DNA of 64,000 nucleotides from Candidatus Woesebacteria bacterium (GTDB lineage Bacteria; Patescibacteriota; Microgenomatia; UBA8517): NCBI GenBank assembly GCA_013374835.1, contig CP055307.1, positions 215,315 to 279,314 of the forward strand, read 5' to 3'. Shown piece by piece: positions 1 to 9,930 of this stretch (position 1 is its first letter; each line of letters starts with the position of its first letter). The notes under the pieces were generated by a model. It saw only the letters and a program-made list of their open reading frames with translations, ran no database searches and was not told where the DNA came from. The position numbers and the translations under genes were made by a program.

Positions 1-281
1 AGATTAAACGCCTGAAAAACAAAGCCAATTTTTCTATTCCTGATTTCAGCAAGCTCATCATCTTCTAATTTACCAACATCTTCTCCGTCTAAGATATAAG
101 TCCCTTTCGTGGGCAGGTCTAAAGCTCCCATGATATGCATCAGGGTACTTTTGCCACTACCAGACGCTCCCATGATAGCCATAAATTCACCTTCTTTTAC
201 CTTAAAGGAAATATCATCAAGAGCAATCGTTTCAACAGAGTCATTTTTGTAGATTTTGGAAATATGAGAAAGCTGGATCAT
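1..281 (-). CDS. ABC transporter ATP-binding protein, MacB/LolD-like. N-terminal part only; the gene continues past the window start.
   Basis: Minus-strand translation from the ATG at 281 reads MIQLSHISKIYKNDSVETIALDDISFKVKEGEFMAIMGASGSGKSTLMHIMGALDLP... with a Walker A motif (GASGSGKST). Its start lies 3 bp downstream of the stop of the HlyD gene, an operon arrangement. Confidence 0.8.
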   Translation of the reverse strand, partial: MIQLSHISKIYKNDSVETIALDDISFKVKEGEFMAIMGASGSGKSTLMHIMGALDLPTKGTYILDGEDVGKLEDDELAEIRNRKIGFVFQAFN

Positions 282-283
282 AT

Positions 284-1558
284 TTATCTTTGTTGAATGC
301 GAACACCTCCAAACCCTCCTGTTCCACTAAAGACAGACCCTCCTCCCTGTCGGGTTTGGGTGGTAATTATTCCTGTGATGACTTCATCGCCTTCTGAAAG
401 TCCCGAAACAACCTCTGTTTGAGTGTCGCCTTGCAGACCTATTTCAACAGGGATTTGTTGTTCACGACCGTTTCTCAAAACCCTGACAAACGACTGCCCG
501 GACTGTGTCTGCATAGCTGATGAAGGAATTAAAAGAACATCTGCTTTGGTCTCAAGTATGATACTGGCAGTGGCAGCCATATTAGGAAGTATTTCAGAAG
601 ACGCAGTATCAAGTTGAATCAGACTTGGGTAGCTGGTAACATTGCTGCTGGTTGTCCCGATTCTATCGACCGTGACTACTTTTCCGGTAAAAGTTTTATC
701 AGGCAAACTATCAAGCGTCACGATAACTTTTTGACCAATTTTTACCTTCGGCACATCTATTTCTGTTATGTTTACACTGATGATAGGCTTTGTCTCGTTT
801 TGGATTACAGCTACTCTCTGGGATGAAGTGGTGGTTTGATTTGTTGAAGTAGTCTGAGAGTTTAATACCATTCCAGGAATAACACCTACATTACTGACCA
901 CTCCAGCAATAGGTGCTGTAACAATAGGGGATGTAGACTGGTAGGAAAGCCAGGCACTATTCAAAGATGCCCTTGCCTGATCGATGACCGCCTGTTGATT
1001 TTTATATTTTGCTTCAGCTGCCAGCCAGTCGGCATTTTGCTGAATATATGCTGGGTCATCAATTGCCAAACCTCTGGCAACTGCATCGTTCATAAACTTT
1101 TGATTGGCAGCAAACATCGCCGATTGAAGGGTATAAAGATTTACATTGGCAGAGTCAACACTATTTTTAGCCGAGAGATAGCTCGACCAGCTAGATGCAT
1201 TTTTTTGTTGACCTTCTTTGTCTAATGTAATTTCGGCGATTTTCTGTCCAGCCGATACTTTATCGCCATCTTTAACATAAACCGCTTTTACCACCCCAGA
1301 AGCCTGCGTGGTGACATCAACAATGTTAGCAGTCAAGACATTACCTGAAGCGGAAACAGTGGAAACAATAGTTCCTCTTTCAACCCTTGCGGTTTGGTAT
1401 TGGGGTTGTTGTCTCCCAATAACAACCCTTGAGTAGGTAAACCAACCAGTTCCCACCAAAATTGAGACAATCACAACGATCTTTATAGGAATCGAGCGTC
1501 TGAAAAACCAACCCCTTACCCCTGAAAGGGTTTTTAGGATGCCACTAACTATGCTCAT
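284..1558 (-). CDS. HlyD/MacA-family periplasmic adaptor (membrane fusion protein) of an ABC efflux system
   Basis: 424 aa with an N-terminal TM helix, coiled-coil and beta-barrel regions typical of membrane fusion proteins. It is directly coupled to the downstream ABC ATPase. Confidence 0.75.
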   Translation of the reverse strand: MSIVSGILKTLSGVRGWFFRRSIPIKIVVIVSILVGTGWFTYSRVVIGRQQPQYQTARVERGTIVSTVSASGNVLTANIVDVTTQASGVVKAVYVKDGDKVSAGQKIAEITLDKEGQQKNASSWSSYLSAKNSVDSANVNLYTLQSAMFAANQKFMNDAVARGLAIDDPAYIQQNADWLAAEAKYKNQQAVIDQARASLNSAWLSYQSTSPIVTAPIAGVVSNVGVIPGMVLNSQTTSTNQTTTSSQRVAVIQNETKPIISVNITEIDVPKVKIGQKVIVTLDSLPDKTFTGKVVTVDRIGTTSSNVTSYPSLIQLDTASSEILPNMAATASIILETKADVLLIPSSAMQTQSGQSFVRVLRNGREQQIPVEIGLQGDTQTEVVSGLSEGDEVITGIITTQTRQGGGSVFSGTGGFGGVRIQQR

Positions 1559-1589
1559 ATACGTGAAGTCTACAAAGTGAAACTGAAAA

Positions 1590-2657
1590 TTAGCTGAAAA
1601 GCGAAGGGGTAAATCTGTGAGATGTTTGCCTTACAGGAAGCCGAACGGTAAAGGCGCTTCCCTTACCTAGTTTGCTTTCGACAGTTATATCGCCACGATG
1701 GGACTGGGCAATCTTTTTGGCAATAGATAGCCCTAATCCAAATCCTGATGTCTTATCTCTACTTCTAGCTGAATCGGCTCGCCAAAAACGGTCGAAAATA
1801 TGAGGTAAATCTTGTTCACTAATTCCAACTCCTTGATCAGATACGGTTATAAGGATCGACCCGTCGGTTTTCTTTGAAGTAATTGTCACTGATTTCCTTT
1901 TTTGGCTGTATTTAATGGCGTTATCAAGAAGAATAATCAACAAATCGGTCAGTGCATATCGATCAGCCTCAAATTCAAAATCCTGGGATTTGTCTTTGAT
2001 AGTGATCTCCCTTTTTACAGCTTGCGGCTTGACCTTCTGGATTGATCTTTTTATTATCAAAGCAAGGGATACTTTCTCAAATTTGGTATTATTGTTTGGT
2101 TTTTGGTATGAAGCCAGTCGAAGTAGTCCCTCGGATAAAGATTGGAGTTTATTTACCTCCTCGATATTTTCCTTTATTAGTTTTTTAGCATCTGTAAGAG
2201 TTAAGCGCTTATCTCGCAAATGAACCTCCATAGCGCTTTTGAGAGAAGTAAGAGGGGTTTTAAGCTCATGAGAAGCATTGGAAATAAATTGATTTTGTTC
2301 ATCAACCATATCTTTAATCGGTTTCAGGGTCTTCCCCGCAAGAAAATAGGCAAGTCCGCCAGAGACTACCAAAATTCCACCATTAACAATTGCTAAAAAG
2401 AAAATTAAACGCCTTTTTGTTTCTTCTACTAACTCTGGGTCAGTAAGGATTCTTGGGGGAGTATTTCGAAAACGAGGCTCAAGTGGTGTGAACTCTTCCC
2501 CGCTAAGACGCCTTTCAATTCGTAGTCTCTGAAGGCGAGAAAATCGATCTAATTCTACTGTCAGGACCTTATAAATAACTGCACTAAAGCCAACACTAAC
2601 CAGCATAATGATCAGTAAATACCAGACAGTTAGTTTAAGTCGTGCTTTGCCAAACAT
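1590..2657 (-). CDS. Sensor histidine kinase
   Basis: Two N-terminal TM helices, a HisKA H-box (SHELKTPLTSL) and HATPase_c motifs (DQGVGI, GFGLGLSIAK). Lies downstream of an OmpR-type regulator. Confidence 0.85.
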   Translation of the reverse strand: MFGKARLKLTVWYLLIIMLVSVGFSAVIYKVLTVELDRFSRLQRLRIERRLSGEEFTPLEPRFRNTPPRILTDPELVEETKRRLIFFLAIVNGGILVVSGGLAYFLAGKTLKPIKDMVDEQNQFISNASHELKTPLTSLKSAMEVHLRDKRLTLTDAKKLIKENIEEVNKLQSLSEGLLRLASYQKPNNNTKFEKVSLALIIKRSIQKVKPQAVKREITIKDKSQDFEFEADRYALTDLLIILLDNAIKYSQKRKSVTITSKKTDGSILITVSDQGVGISEQDLPHIFDRFWRADSARSRDKTSGFGLGLSIAKKIAQSHRGDITVESKLGKGSAFTVRLPVRQTSHRFTPSLFS

Positions 2658-2660
2658 AAG

Positions 2661-3338
2661 CTAATCTCCAATTTTGTATCCAAACCCTCTTACTGTATGT
2701 AACAATGCCTTTTTATCTTTGAAAGGTAGGTCAATTTTACGACGAAGATTTCGGATATATACCTCCACTGTGTTGGGCAAAATGTCAGCATCATAATCCC
2801 AAACATGACTGATAATTTGCTCTTTAGTCAGAGTCTGGTGAGCATGACGCATAAGATATTCAAGAAGAGAAAATTCTTTGTTTGAAAGCAGTATTATTTG
2901 TTTACCCCGTTTTACCTCAAAGTTTTGTGTGTTGAGTTGCAAATCTTCAACAGTTAAAACAACCGGCAGGGAATTTTTAGGACGGCGGGTTAAGGCTCTT
3001 ATCCTGGCAAGCAGTTCTTCAAACGAGAAGGGCTTAGTAAGGTAATCATCTGCTCCACTGTCTAGTCCTGTTACCTTGTCTTGGATTTGTCCTTTGGCGG
3101 TAAGAATAAGAATGGGTGTATGTTTTCCTTCTTCACGAAGCTTTCTGCAAACTTTCAAGCCGTCCATTTTTGGAAGTAGTAAGTCCAAAATAATCACATC
3201 GTAATCTTCAGTTGATGCCAGATCAAAGCCGTCACTGCCATTGTAAGCAACATCAACCACATATCGCTCTTGCTCTAAGCCTTTTTTAATGGAGTTGGCA
3301 ATCCGATGCTCATCTTCGACAACGAGAATTCTCATCAA
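2661..3338 (-). CDS. OmpR-family response regulator (receiver plus winged-helix DNA-binding domain)
   Basis: MRILVVEDE...DVIILDLLLP receiver domain with a C-terminal Trans_reg_C domain (TVEVYIRNLRRKI). Confidence 0.9.
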   Translation of the reverse strand: MMRILVVEDEHRIANSIKKGLEQERYVVDVAYNGSDGFDLASTEDYDVIILDLLLPKMDGLKVCRKLREEGKHTPILILTAKGQIQDKVTGLDSGADDYLTKPFSFEELLARIRALTRRPKNSLPVVLTVEDLQLNTQNFEVKRGKQIILLSNKEFSLLEYLMRHAHQTLTKEQIISHVWDYDADILPNTVEVYIRNLRRKIDLPFKDKKALLHTVRGFGYKIGD

Positions 3339-3699
3339 CTTAAATTATATAACAAAAGCTGAAAAATAGCTGAAAAACTAGTGTTTCTACCTTTACCGTC
3401 TTAGTGGGTCTTGGCTTACGAGCATTCCAACGCCTTCAAGTTAATCCACAATGCGGTGGTTGAGACTAACGGTTCGAAAGTGGCGAATTTGGGAGAATTT
3501 GGAGTGAAGATTTTTGAACCTACAAAATTGCCCGATAAATCAACCCAAAAGTGGTCTTTACGACCATCTCGTCCTATTTGGCTGGACAAATGGAACGATT
3601 TTAGGTTGGCAAACTGGTTAGTCATCCTGGAATCTCCAGAAATAATACTCAAATCTACGCAGCAACTTTTAGTCGTAGCTTAAAACCTAATCTTATTTT

Positions 3700-5040
3700 A
3701 CAACCAGTCCTCGAACGATGATTTTTATCCCGACGAACAAACTGGGCAAGTGAACTGGAATATCTAGAAATTTGTAAGCAGAGAGGTGGACCGATTCTTG
3801 CGGTATTAACTTAAAGCCTCTATTAACTCCTCTAATGTTTTTCCCTCATTCAAAGCCTTTTTAAGTTTCGGCTAAATCTCATTCGCAACAACTTCCCTGG
3901 GCTCTTCTATTTTACTTAAATCCAGCATCCCCAATTGTCTCAACTCTTGGAGTGAGCATAAATCACTACCTGCAACATTCAGCAATTTAGATAATCCTCT
4001 TTTTTTAAAACATCTATCGCCAGCTCTTGTTCAATATACTCTAATTGTTCGGATGTTGGAAGAAAACCACTTGTATCATCAAGTAGGGTGTTCTTCCTGA
4101 AAATCCTTATTTTATCCTGGCATGAGCTTCAAAAAAACTTCCGCTCCTACTTTTGGTCAGTAAAGTCAAATAGTAATATAGTAATAAGGTAATGCTTATC
4201 TTTTTTGTCCGACCATCGCTTGTTTGGCATCATCTTCTATTCTATTTGCCACAGCTTCAGATAAAATGCCACCTATTCATGTAGTGAACTCCTCTGTCAA
4301 GCGTAAACAATTACCAAGATTTTCTTCTTGGTTCTTATGCCTTAGAACATGATCCTCTACTTCGTAAGCTAAGACTGTTAAAGTATCAATCAACCCCCGA
4401 TTAAAAGAATGAGTAATTCTTATCTATCTAGAACCACTGCATTCCAAGCCTTTTCCCCATCGTTAAGTCCTTAACTGTCAACTTTTGACTCGACTCTTTC
4501 AAATATTGCTTAAAATTTCTCAATCCTTTAACTTTCTCAATTAGTTTGTCGACGTCAACAATTCTCATAATTCTTTCAGGATTTGAGATCCTTTCTGTAA
4601 TCGCCACTAGCTTCCTGAAATTCGTGAGCAAATTGTGTTTTGGCCCATTCTAATGAGTAATGATGCGCTCTTTGTTTCTGCATTCGGATTTATTTTGTTT
4701 TTCTGTTTCGCTTGGAACGTCAAGCTCTAAAGTAAAATATCTATCGATTTTTCTTTGAGATATCCTCCGAAAAAGAAGCAACTGATAATGAGGACGTAAG
4801 TGTGCGACTTTGCTTATTGGGCTCAGCCAAACAAGGGGAATAGAGGCCTATGATAGCTTATTGGAATGTGTAGATTGGCTTGTTTCTGAGAAAATAAATG
4901 ACCCGATACATATAGAGGTTGGTGGCGTTGAAGAAGTAAATGTCAGAAGAAATATTAGATAAATGCTTTCAAGTTTTTCAAGAAAGCTTTTCTTTACGGG
5001 TAGGGGAAATGTGTTAAACTTTAGAGGAATTGGGGGTGAT
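3700..5040 (-). pseudogene. Probable decayed gene remnant(s); about 1.3 kb without an intact ORF
   Basis: Only short ORFs of 90 aa or less are present. Minus-strand translations give protein-like stretches broken by stops and frameshifts, e.g. ...FRKNTLLDDTSGFLPTSEQLEYIEQELAIDVLKK... A gene-free gap this long is unusual given the tight packing elsewhere. Confidence 0.25.
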
Positions 5041-5045
5041 TAAGA

Positions 5046-5594
5046 ATGAAAAAATTTTTGATGCCGGTTTTAGTTTTGGCAGTCATTATTGTTTTGGGAG
5101 TATCATATTTTTTCTTGAAAGATGGTGGATCGGCTGATAATGTTGTTGTGTCTTATAATGTTGAGGAGGCCGGCTCTGCCGATAAGTCGAGCGGGGTTGA
5201 AATGATTACTGGCTCTTTAAAGGATATGATAGCCCGTGGATCCGGATTGAAATGTAGTTATGAGATTGATGGGAACGTTTATGAAGGATATATTAAGGGG
5301 GCAAATTATAAAGGTAGTATTGATACCGCAGAAGGACAGATGGGACAAGTAATAGTTAAGGATAATTGTAGCTATACTTGGATTGAGGGACAAAGCCAGG
5401 GGATAAAAGCTTGCTATGATGAGAGTGAAATCGAGTCTGGTGGACAGGGATCTGATGTTTGGAAACAAGTAGATTACGGTGGTGATGTTGTTTATAATTG
5501 CGAATCTTATAATATTTCTGAGTCAATGTTTAATCTTCCTTCAAATGTGGAGTTTGTGGATGTTAATTCCATGATGGAGGATTTTGGGTATTAA
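5046..5594 (+). CDS. Hypothetical exported protein with N-terminal signal/TM anchor
   Basis: MKKFLMPVLVLAVIIVLGVSYFF hydrophobic N-terminus. Overlaps the start of the downstream PHP gene by 11 bp, indicating an operon. Confidence 0.5.
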   Translation: MKKFLMPVLVLAVIIVLGVSYFFLKDGGSADNVVVSYNVEEAGSADKSSGVEMITGSLKDMIARGSGLKCSYEIDGNVYEGYIKGANYKGSIDTAEGQMGQVIVKDNCSYTWIEGQSQGIKACYDESEIESGGQGSDVWKQVDYGGDVVYNCESYNISESMFNLPSNVEFVDVNSMMEDFGY

Positions 5595-6882
5595 TGGCGT
5601 GAAACTGATTGTAGATTTGCATTTACATTCTCATTATTCGCGGGCGACTAGCCATAATATGGATCTTTTCTCGCTTTATAGCTGGGGAAAGCTTAAGGGC
5701 ATAAACATAATCGGTAGTGGCGATTTTACGCATCCTTTGTGGCTGGCTGAGTTAAAAGAGAAACTTGAACCTGCCGAGAATGGTCTTTTTAAGCTAAAGA
5801 AAAAATTTTCGGATTCTTTGGACAGGGCCTTACCAAAAAGCGTACGGGATAGTGTTTTGCGGTTTGTCTTGACTGTTGAGATAAGCAATATATACAAAAG
5901 AGGGGGAAAAGTAAGGAAGGTACACAATGTAGTTATTTCTTCCGAATTCAAAAGCGTTGACAGGCTAAATGCCAGACTTTCAAAAATTGGGAATTTAAAG
6001 TCAGACGGGAGACCGATACTTGGACTTGATAGTGAGGAGTTGCTAAAAATTACTCTTGACAGCGGACCTGGCAATTTTTTTATACCAGCTCATATTTGGA
6101 CCCCCTGGTTTTCGATGTTTGGAAGTAAAAGCGGTTTTGATTCCGTTGAAGAAGCCTTTGGGGAGAGTTCGAAATATATCTACGCGGTTGAAACAGGCCT
6201 TTCATCCGATCCTTATATGAATTGGAGGGTTAAGGATTTGGATGGTTTAACTTTGGTTTCCAATTCCGATGCTCATTCGCCAAAAAAATTGGGGCGAGAG
6301 GCGAATGTTATTGATTGCGAGATTGATTACGATCAAATTATGGATGCAATAAAAAGCGGAGATGAGCGTTTTGTTGGTACTATTGAATTTTATCCAGAAG
6401 AGGGTAAATATCATTATGATGGACATAGGACGTGTAATATATGTATGTCACCCGAGGAGGCGTTGAAAAATAATAATATTTGTCCGAAGTGTGGTGAACC
6501 CTTGGTTTTGGGGGTAATGCATAGAGTGAATGATCTTTCGGATAGAAGTAGCGGATACAAACCCAAAAAGCATAAAAGTGTTGAATATATTGTTCCTCTT
6601 GATAATATAATAGCGGAGACTCTGGGGATTTTTTCCGTCAATGCAAAGAGTGTAACTGGAGTTTATAACGAGCTTTGTGCTTTGCTGGGGAGCGAGTTTA
6701 GTATATTAAGGGATGTTAATTTGGCAGATATTGAGAAGGCTGGTGGAGTTAGGCTTAGGGAAGCTATTGAAAACATGAGAAGCGGAAATTTAAAGATTGA
6801 GCCGGGGTATGACGGTGTGTTTGGGGTGGTAAAAGTTTTTGAGGGAAAGAATTCTTCTAATCAGCTCACATTTGATATTTAG
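5584..6882 (+). CDS. PHP-domain nuclease with C-terminal zinc ribbon, endonuclease Q (EndoQ)-like
   Basis: N-terminal PHP motif VDLHLHSHYS; internal motifs FIPAHIWTPW, GLSSDPYM, SNSDAHSPKKLGRE, GKYHYDGH. A CxxC...CPKCG zinc ribbon (CNICMSPEEALKNNNICPKCGEP). From memory, this architecture matches archaeal and bacterial EndoQ. Confidence 0.7.
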   Translation: MGINGVKLIVDLHLHSHYSRATSHNMDLFSLYSWGKLKGINIIGSGDFTHPLWLAELKEKLEPAENGLFKLKKKFSDSLDRALPKSVRDSVLRFVLTVEISNIYKRGGKVRKVHNVVISSEFKSVDRLNARLSKIGNLKSDGRPILGLDSEELLKITLDSGPGNFFIPAHIWTPWFSMFGSKSGFDSVEEAFGESSKYIYAVETGLSSDPYMNWRVKDLDGLTLVSNSDAHSPKKLGREANVIDCEIDYDQIMDAIKSGDERFVGTIEFYPEEGKYHYDGHRTCNICMSPEEALKNNNICPKCGEPLVLGVMHRVNDLSDRSSGYKPKKHKSVEYIVPLDNIIAETLGIFSVNAKSVTGVYNELCALLGSEFSILRDVNLADIEKAGGVRLREAIENMRSGNLKIEPGYDGVFGVVKVFEGKNSSNQLTFDI

Positions 6883-8496
6883 ATGGAGCTTAATACTAAT
6901 CAAGCTAAATTTGTAGATTATGGGGAGGGACCCCTTTTTGTTATTGCCGGACCTGGAACCGGAAAGACGCATTCTTTAGTTTGTCGGATTAAGAAGCTTC
7001 TTCAAAACGGCGTGGCCGGAAATGAGATACTGGTATTAACTTTTACCAGAAAGGCTTGTTTTGAGATAAAAGAGAGGCTTTTTGAATTTGAGAATAAGGG
7101 GTGTAGGGTACACACGTTTCACTCTCTGGCTTATGAGCATTTGAATCGTTTTTCCGACATTGATATTGTGAGTAATGATGAAAGGTCTAAGATACTTAGA
7201 AATTTAAAGAAGAAATACGGTTTGGACCTTTCCGATCGGGAGATTTCTTTGGCCGTGTCGAATAAAAAGGCTAATTTATTAGCTAATGCTGGTAGGTTTG
7301 TGGAAAACGTTCTTAAAGATTATAACAGATTACTTAAACAAAAAGGACTAAAAGATTATGATGATCTTTTGCTTGATTATTTAAGATATCTGAAAAAGGC
7401 AAAGATGGGTTATAAATGGGTGCTTGTAGATGAGTTTCAGGATGTGAATGACGTTCAGTATGAGATATTGAAGAAATTTGAGAAGGAAACGAGAAATATT
7501 AATGTAATTGGGGATCCAAACCAGTCTATTTATACTTTTAGAGGTTCTGTACAGAGTGTCTTTAAAAGATTTGAACTTGATTTTCCGGATTCCGAAAGAA
7601 TTTTTTTTGACAAGAATTACAGAAATAGTAGGGAGATAATTAGCTTTAGCAGTCGGTTGTTTGAAAGTGAAGCTTATAAATACGAGCCGGTAAGACAGGA
7701 ATCTGGGCGGGTGTGTGTTGTGTATGTGGCAAACGAATATGCAGAGGCAAGATGGGTTGTTAATTTTATTAAAAAAAGGATGGGTGGACTTGATTTGAAT
7801 GAAGTGGGTGCGCAAGACTCAGCTGATGTAGGGTTTGGTGATTTTGCAATAATTTACAGAACACATAGGATTGGTAGAATTGTACGAAAAATGATTGAGG
7901 ACTCTGGTATACCACACCAAGTGGTGGGTGAGGAATCTTTTTTTGAAAATAGCGAGGTGAAAAAAGTTTTATCGATTCTTTCTGAAAAACGCTATTTTCA
8001 TATGAAGCTTAGTGTTTGTCTTGAGGAATTTTTAAAAAAGGACAAATTTGTTAAAAAATCTAAAAAGTTTGATGATTTTTTGAATTATGTTTCTTTGTAT
8101 TCAGATTTAGATGTGGGTGCGTTTTTAAATATAGTTGAGGATGTAAGGAGAAATGAATACTACGATAAAAATGCAGATCTTTTGACTATTATGAGCATGC
8201 ACGCTTCTAAGGGCCTTGAGTTTAGATTTGTTTTTCTAATCGGATTTGAAGAGGGTGCAATCCCTTATTTAAAGGCAGGAGAAGATGATGGGCGGTTGGA
8301 TGAAGAAAAAAGGCTTTTATATGTAGCTATGACAAGAGCAAAAGACGAGCTTTATTTGATGAGTTCGTTGAATAGGGATGGTGCTAATTGTCAGGTTTCA
8401 AGATATTATTATGAATTAGAAGGTGTTGAGGTGGAGAGAGTTTTTCGAAAAAAGAGTTCTAAGCGTCCTAAAACTACGCAAATGGATTTGTTTTAA
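6883..8496 (+). CDS. UvrD/PcrA/Rep-family superfamily 1 DNA helicase (537 aa, short form)
   Basis: Walker A AGPGTGKTHSL, motif Ia TFTRKA, motif II VDEFQDVN, motif III GDPNQSIYTFRG, motif VI VAMTRAKDELYL. Its start codon directly abuts the PHP gene stop. Confidence 0.85.
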   Translation: MELNTNQAKFVDYGEGPLFVIAGPGTGKTHSLVCRIKKLLQNGVAGNEILVLTFTRKACFEIKERLFEFENKGCRVHTFHSLAYEHLNRFSDIDIVSNDERSKILRNLKKKYGLDLSDREISLAVSNKKANLLANAGRFVENVLKDYNRLLKQKGLKDYDDLLLDYLRYLKKAKMGYKWVLVDEFQDVNDVQYEILKKFEKETRNINVIGDPNQSIYTFRGSVQSVFKRFELDFPDSERIFFDKNYRNSREIISFSSRLFESEAYKYEPVRQESGRVCVVYVANEYAEARWVVNFIKKRMGGLDLNEVGAQDSADVGFGDFAIIYRTHRIGRIVRKMIEDSGIPHQVVGEESFFENSEVKKVLSILSEKRYFHMKLSVCLEEFLKKDKFVKKSKKFDDFLNYVSLYSDLDVGAFLNIVEDVRRNEYYDKNADLLTIMSMHASKGLEFRFVFLIGFEEGAIPYLKAGEDDGRLDEEKRLLYVAMTRAKDELYLMSSLNRDGANCQVSRYYYELEGVEVERVFRKKSSKRPKTTQMDLF

Positions 8497-8501
8497 TCTT
8501 T

Positions 8502-9041
8502 TTATAGAGCCAAGAGTAGTGCTCCAAGGATTAGAATTATACCTGCGCTTACTCCGATAATTGTTGGTAATGCTATGCCAGCAGCTGGCATTGCTTCTTG
8601 GGTGGGAGTGGGAGTTGTGGATACCAGCGTATCTGTGGGTGTAGATGTCGGCGCCGGAGTTGATGTTCCTGACGGTGTTGATGTGAGAGTAGGAATAGGA
8701 GATGGTGATGGAGTAGATGTTTCTTTGGGTGTAGATTTCGGTGTGGGAGACGGGGTAGAGGTTTCTTTGGGTGTGGCTGATGGGCTTGATGTTGCCTCGG
8801 GAGTAGCTGTTGGAGTGGCCGTGGGGGTTGACAGAGTAAATACCAGCGATTGGCATTGGGTGTTTTGTGTTTCTACTTTTGCTTCAGGAACGCTCTGTGG
8901 CGCTGTCGGAGCTTGTGGTTTTTGTTCGCCTGTATAGAGTTTTATAGCCGTAAATACGGCAATGACGGCAAGAATAACTGTTGCTAATACTATTAAGATT
9001 GTAAATAAGTTTTGTTTTATATATTTCATATTTAGTACCAA
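8502..9041 (-). CDS. Pro/Thr/Ser-rich low-complexity surface protein with N- and C-terminal hydrophobic anchors
   Basis: N-terminal TM helix (LFTILIVLATVILAVIAVF), a long repetitive TPTATPTATPEATSSPSATPKETSTPSPTPKSTPKETSTPSPSP region, and a C-terminal hydrophobic segment IIGVSAGIILILGALLLAL. Confidence 0.5.
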   Translation of the reverse strand: MVLNMKYIKQNLFTILIVLATVILAVIAVFTAIKLYTGEQKPQAPTAPQSVPEAKVETQNTQCQSLVFTLSTPTATPTATPEATSSPSATPKETSTPSPTPKSTPKETSTPSPSPIPTLTSTPSGTSTPAPTSTPTDTLVSTTPTPTQEAMPAAGIALPTIIGVSAGIILILGALLLAL

Positions 9042-9904
9042 TTGTCTAGTGTTGAATGGTGGACTTGGGCATCAACCTTTATGGTGTTTGCGCCTTCGGG
9101 GATTTGGTAATCTATGTAGAATTCGCCAGCTTCGTTTTTATTAGTTACTTCTTGTGAAATGTCGTTAATGATAAATTTTGCTTTATCAAAAATTCCTTCG
9201 TTTGCGCTTCCCAAAACAGTAAATCTTATCATACTTCCCTCTGGAAGTGCACTTAGCTCGTCTAAGTTAAGAAGGTTTCCTTCGGTGTCGTATGCTTTGA
9301 TAATTTCGCATCGTGCCGTAATTTCTTGTTCATGGGAGCCTGAATTGCTGCAGTCAACTGTGCCTACTATTTTCCAGCTATAGCTACCAGCTGGAAGCTG
9401 AACATTACCGAGAGAGGCTGTGTCTCCCGAGGCTAATGCCGGTACATCAAAAATTGCTACTTCTTGGGAATTTATAATAACTCTTGCTTGTTGGGGGGGT
9501 TCGTTGCGATTTGAAAGATTTTTGACTATTACCTGACCATTTTCATCCAACTCAAATGTATATTTGCTGCAATCCCACGCTTTACTTTTTTGGAGGTTAT
9601 TTCTTCCTATTAAAAATACTCCTGTAATTACGCCTATTATTAATATTGTTATTGCCATAATAGCAAAAGCTGTTTTTTTACCGCCCCCATCAGTATTGAG
9701 TGAATTGGCGTTGACTACGTTTATTGTTGGTTGACTTTCTTGAGGATGGTCGTGCATTGTTTCAAGCGATTCTTGCGTGGATACAGCATCCGGTGTAGGA
9801 TTTTGTGGTGTTTCGGGCTGGTTTGCCCCCGAAACAAAATTTTTGTTTATTTTAGTATCTTTCATTATTTTTTTATGGTATATTGTATTTCCTTTGTGTG
9901 TCAA
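9032..9904 (-). CDS. Hypothetical membrane-anchored protein
   Basis: 290 aa with a single TM helix (AFAIMAITILIIGVITGVFLIG) and a large extracytoplasmic domain. No motif recognised. Confidence 0.45.
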   Translation of the reverse strand: MTHKGNTIYHKKIMKDTKINKNFVSGANQPETPQNPTPDAVSTQESLETMHDHPQESQPTINVVNANSLNTDGGGKKTAFAIMAITILIIGVITGVFLIGRNNLQKSKAWDCSKYTFELDENGQVIVKNLSNRNEPPQQARVIINSQEVAIFDVPALASGDTASLGNVQLPAGSYSWKIVGTVDCSNSGSHEQEITARCEIIKAYDTEGNLLNLDELSALPEGSMIRFTVLGSANEGIFDKAKFIINDISQEVTNKNEAGEFYIDYQIPEGANTIKVDAQVHHSTLDNWY

Positions 9905-9930
9905 TGACTTATATTTAAGTTAGGTGTAAA

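Noticed and set aside
8575-8937. 120-aa plus-strand ORF rich in G/V/D antisense to the P/T-rich surface-protein gene
   Set aside because: It is an antisense read-through of a low-complexity repeat. The minus-strand ORF has TM anchors and a coherent architecture.
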